Source: Fistulifera solaris
Lineage: Eukaryota
Assembly (NCBI GenBank): GCA_030295235.1
Contig: AP026133.1
Location: 558,001 to 622,000 of the forward strand
Length of the DNA: 64,000 bases
Direction of reading: 5' to 3'
The notes under the pieces are model-generated. The model saw only the letters and a list, made by a program, of their open reading frames with translations, was not told where the DNA came from and ran no database searches. Below, piece after piece: positions 59,729 through 64,000 of this stretch. Position numbers and translations under genes: made by a program. Each line of letters starts with the position of its first letter. Position 1 is the first letter of the stretch.

Positions 59729-60534
59729 CCACATTCGGAAAGGTGCTCGGCAATCTACAATCATCGAGTGTGTCTATCGAGCGACTCATATTGAAAGTAT
59801 TCTTGCTTGGAACGTAATGCGGATGGTTGCGGAACCTAGTAATGGAAAGAGACAGTACCATTTTGATCGATATCCCATCTGCGGGAATTGCGTAGTCGCA
59901 GCGATCCTTAAATTTAAGTTCCCACTCACACGAGAATTCTTTTCTGGTAGAGTAGCTCTAAACATTCATGATGATGCAGCAGCGGGACGGCCTTTTTCGA
60001 ATGTGGAATTCGAGTGGCGTCCGTGTGAAGCTGCAAGTAACCCAAGATGTGATTCTAAATTTCAAAAAGGCTACTTTCGGCTCTTGGAACCTATAGATCT
60101 TGGTCATACTTTTGTGAAACTTTGTCGAACAACGAATCTTTGTTCAATTCAATAGGCCAGCGTCATGAAACGTGACATGCTTCTACAGTAATATCTTGCT
60201 AGATGGTAAGCAACATCATTCCGAAATTTTACGAAGTGTTCAAAGAGAGATAGAAATACGCCATTGATTTTGGCACCTTCCGTGATTCTGATTATAATTG
60301 GAGCTACCAGGTAAGCCATGCAAGGTACATGCTCCTTAGTTTTGTAAGGGACACGTCGGAACGGTACTCCAAAGATACTATCGCACAAAAATCAAAAACA
60401 TGGTAACGCACGCGAGGGGATCCTACTATTTGTTTTGCGAACATGAATCAACATGAATTATTTACCATTTTACTTGGTAGCAGCTTAAATTCCAGCTTGA
60501 ATATAATATTGTGAAGAGTCTTGGTCATCGCAAT

Positions 60535-61359
60535 ATGCGGGCAAGGTAAGTTCTGTGGCGACGTTCTTTGATAGCCATTTTCTCTGGCAGGAGACTAAAG
60601 TCGTCCCCCGTCAGATCATCGAAGACGTTCACTTTGATTTTCTGCGGCGCAGCTCTCATGATATTGGCGTCGCTTCGTCAACAGATTGATAAAACAGCCC
60701 GTATAACTGTTAACGCAATGAGCTCAATGTCATCACTTCCGCCATATGGAGTCTTTGCTTTTGGAGATTCCTTGACGGCAGGAACATCGGGGTACGAACT
60801 TCACCCTTATGCACCTTATCTCGAGACTGCTATCAATTCCAGGGGCGGCATTAATGAAAGACAAGTCATTGTTCGACATCGAGGCTTACCAGGCTGGACT
60901 GCAAAAGAAATGCTGAACAATGTAGACGACGGACGGGCTGGCCTTCGTGCTGCCATTCGGAATATCAAAAATCCTTCGCTATCTTTGGTCATCATTCTAG
61001 CGGGCACAAACGATATGGGCTATGGATTCAACGAACAAGATATCACGGAAAATATATTGAAGCTTCATCAGGTATGCTACGACGAAGGTGTGCCCCGGAC
61101 GATTGCCATTGGGATTCCTCCTTCCGGCTACCAGAGCGTGCATGCCGATGCTGCCCGACTAGCAACGACTATTACCTCCAACTTGAAAAAGTTCTGTCAT
61201 GAAAACCCAGAAAGGGCTGCATTTCATCCATTTCCGTTTCCGTTTGTGAAAGATGGCGAGAACTGGGATGCTGATACTCTTCACTTTTCTAGAAAAGGCT
61301 ATCAAACTTTGGGAGAGAGTCTCGTAAATGTTGTGATAGAAGCACTCAAAGCCAGGTAA
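60535..61359 (+). CDS. GDSL/SGNH esterase, tandem copy B with N-terminal TM anchor; probable intron 60546-60590
   Basis: ATGCGGGCAAG|gtaag...ggcag|G keeps the frame. TM segment FTLIFCGAALMILASL. FGDSLTAG, GTND and DTLH. Confidence 0.88.
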
Positions 61360-62077
61360 CCACACTTGTACATTTGGACTGAAAACCCTCCAGAATAGTT
61401 GAGCTTGTAAATCCAGAGGCCCCTCAGATTGAAATTATTCTTGGTTGAAACGTAAAACTGATGGCGGCGAAACCTGGTAATATAAAAATAAAACGAGGCA
61501 TAGAGCGCTTTGATCGGGAACGACGGGACTGGCTTAGTCTTAGCTCCCCCTAAATCTAAGTCGACGCAAACACGGAGATTGTTGTCTGGTCGTAGCTTTG
61601 ATCATTCATGGTTCATATGATGATGTGAGAGCACAGAGCACGTAGATGTGGATCGTGGAACTCTCTTATTTATTTGGCGTCCGCGCCAAGATACGACGTA
61701 CAAAGTACAAAGTACGCTAATTCTGTGGCCTAATCCTCAAGTACAAAGGAAAAAAAGTCCTATATAAGGCATGTCTAAGTCTTAAATACAAAGAAAGTAG
61801 GTAAAATGGAGACACCATGCACTATGCACGTCTTGGTCATAGTTTTAGGTTTTAGGTCGAATGAAGGTCATTTATTGTATTCCCTTCTGTTCTCTATTTT
61901 CATGATTAACAAATCAATGGCCTTAATGCCTTTCTAAGATAGGCAATAAGCTTTTGAAGTACAGGCGGTCTTGGATAATCTCCCAATCGACTTTCATAAT
62001 GTGACCGCACATGAATTTTTGGCCTCGCCGCAACCGAGATTCGAGCTCATAATTTTCACAAACCAAAACTTTCCACC

Positions 62078-62896
62078 ATGCTCTTTCGATCCAGTCTCGT
62101 CGCCGCCCTTTCGGCTGCTTTCCTTCAAAGCGCTGCAGCTGAAATCACGACCGATGTCGTTGGAAAAGCGGAAAGATCAAGATCTTCGACGCTGCCGGAA
62201 TCCGAGAAGACCGAAACGCCATCATGATGACAATGGACTTTCTCTACGAGTTGGACGCCAACGAGAAAATTGTTGGAAAGAAAGGCTCCCAAAAACACGG
62301 TACCCAAACTTTTGCCAACCAGCAGTTCACCTTTTCTGATGTCGAAGAGGTGACTTACTCCAACGTCACGGCAGATTACTTCTCCTTCGAGGCGAATGTG
62401 TACGAGGCCGGTTCCATCAAGGTTGAGACGTACGTTTTCCGTGAAGATGGTGTTATCACTACTAGTGCCGAAGAAACGTTTGATGTCTTTGCAGGCGACT
62501 TCAAGTTTTCCATTGAGCTCATTGATTGGAAATGGTGCGATCCCTGTGACAGCAATGAATATGGCGCCTTCGTTGATGTGGGTATCGAGTTGAAGGGAAG
62601 CAAGGCCGAGCCGTCCGAGGAAGACCTCGGTGGTGGCATCCCTGTCATCTTGTCCAGCAAGATTTTGGCCGATGATGTCGTAATTGACATGCCCGCCGGA
62701 TACCCTAAGGTTGTCTCCAAAGATGCCTACGACTTGGATGGAGATGGTGTCGAAGACGGTGATGGCGGTGGCAAGAAGCTCTTTATTTTCCGTTTCCCCC
62801 AAAGAAGGGGGTGCCGCCCTTTACGACTATGACCCGATCATTCGTACAGGTGGGGAAACCTGCGGCATCTTCTGTCGTGCCCTTCCTTGCTTGTAA
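62078..62896 (+). CDS. Secreted acidic protein resembling coral SAARP/CARP skeletal-matrix proteins; frameshifts ~62166 and ~62798
   Basis: Signal MLFRSSLVAALSAAFLQSAAA. Then G(KS)GKI, LYELDANEKIVGKKGSQKHGTQTFANQQFTF, YVFREDG, GDFKFSIELIDWKWC and FRFPK...YDP. Confidence 0.7.
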
Positions 62897-62989
62897 TGTA
62901 AAAGCCCGAGGATGGATTCATAAGCGCATAACTTCAAATTACAATATTAAAAAGCAAATTACAAGCAAATACAATTTATCGATTCCACT

Positions 62990-64000
62990 TTAGTTATACC
63001 TTGATGCTTCGTGTAGTTCCAACTCATGGCCTGTGTTGTATTCGTTAGGGAACATATGCTGGTACTCAGACCCACCTGTCAGTCGTCTCACTCGTTCGGT
63101 CAAAATGCCAAATTTACCTTGTCGAATCACAAAAACGGATGCCACAAAACCGGCGACAAAAATCCAAAATAATTTACAAAACGACCCGCAAATTGTATTT
63201 GATGTTTCTCCGCCAGTTTGAGCAGGATATTGCTTCTTCTCCTTCGTAGGTGCAGGAACAGGCGACAGCGGATTCACGGGTGCAGCTACAGGTGAAGAGT
63301 TCGGCGAAACATTTCCCGATGGGGCAAAACCTTCTTTTCAACAAGATGAGTGTAATCGCAGTGGCTTTCTGCCCATCCTACTCGGTGGTTCTTTGTGTCA
63401 AACAAAACATCATGACCCATGATCGCGTTTGCGCCCAATAAGCTGCCACTTTGTGGAGGCTCTTCCATATTGAAGCGAGCATAATAAGCACCTGTTGCTT
63501 CACTTAGCTCCATGTAATGGGTTGGAGGAAGTGCTAAGAGCACATCGTACGGGTGTTCGGGGTCAAGGTTTCCAGCCAGACTGACAACTTTATTGGGGTC
63601 GCCGACTTCTTTATTTAGTTCAATGGCACCCTGTAATTGGAGAATGATTGTGGGCAATTTCTGAATCTGCTCGTAGGTTAGATAAACTGCTCTGTTGTTG
63701 TACGCTGACCCCGTCATGGACTTCCATACTTGCTGAAACGGTTCCGCGAGTTTGTTCGTAAGGTAAGTATCTGTAGTTCCTGACTCGATTATGACAGGGC
63801 CTTGATTAAGAGCTTCTTCCGATACATCGACTTGTATAATTTTTAAGCTGGGATCTGTCGAGTTGATAGAATCACCGCCTCCTCCTTCTCGTATATAAAC
63901 TTTTCGCAGCAGTACACCATAGCTTCGTTCCCAATCCTCATCGTGAAAGGTAAACACCATCGGAGTCAGGTGAAAACGATCGTCTGTACCACCCAATGTC
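62990..64000 (-). CDS. Membrane-anchored pepsin-like (A1) aspartic protease, C-terminal part; frameshift ~63322; 5' end outside the window
   Basis: IESGTTDTYL, LLGANAIMGHDVLFD...RVGWAESHC, a late TM helix and a cytosolic tail. Confidence 0.85.

Noticed and set aside
62125..62802. 225-aa antisense ORF
   Set aside because: Mirror of the codon-biased acidic secreted gene on the + strand.

Overview
Gene-dense eukaryotic nuclear DNA with short GT-AG introns (45-190 nt) and many N-termini carrying a signal peptide followed by Phe or Trp. This points to a diatom, probably a raphid pennate; the taxon is inferred from gene style only. About 38 protein-coding loci are present, including CAND1, MUS81, SPO11, MsrA, ICT1/ArfB, TMEM97, an ARL8-like GTPase, ARP4, WDR33, an SLC35B1-like transporter, calpain, fibrillin and an ArsS-like radical SAM enzyme. 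There are also two tandem SGNH-hydrolase arrays and glycan-modifying membrane enzymes. Roughly 25 single-base frameshifts, mostly in homopolymers and including essential genes, suggest an unpolished long-read assembly, so I rebuilt the gene models by hand. The most notable observations are: (1) a single gene fusing a non-cleavable ubiquitin-like domain, an Fe(II)/2OG dioxygenase and a RING E3 finger; (2) an ING protein whose PHD finger is replaced by an SGF29-type tandem Tudor; (3) a secreted acidic protein resembling coral SAARP/CARP skeletal proteins; (4) WDR33 with a KH domain; (5) an intron-bearing, presequence-carrying gene of the bacterial YtoQ family; (6) recurrent intergenic motifs and a structured inverted repeat. 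I recognised no rRNA, tRNA, CRISPR array or autonomous transposon. All family calls come from motif recognition, not database searches.
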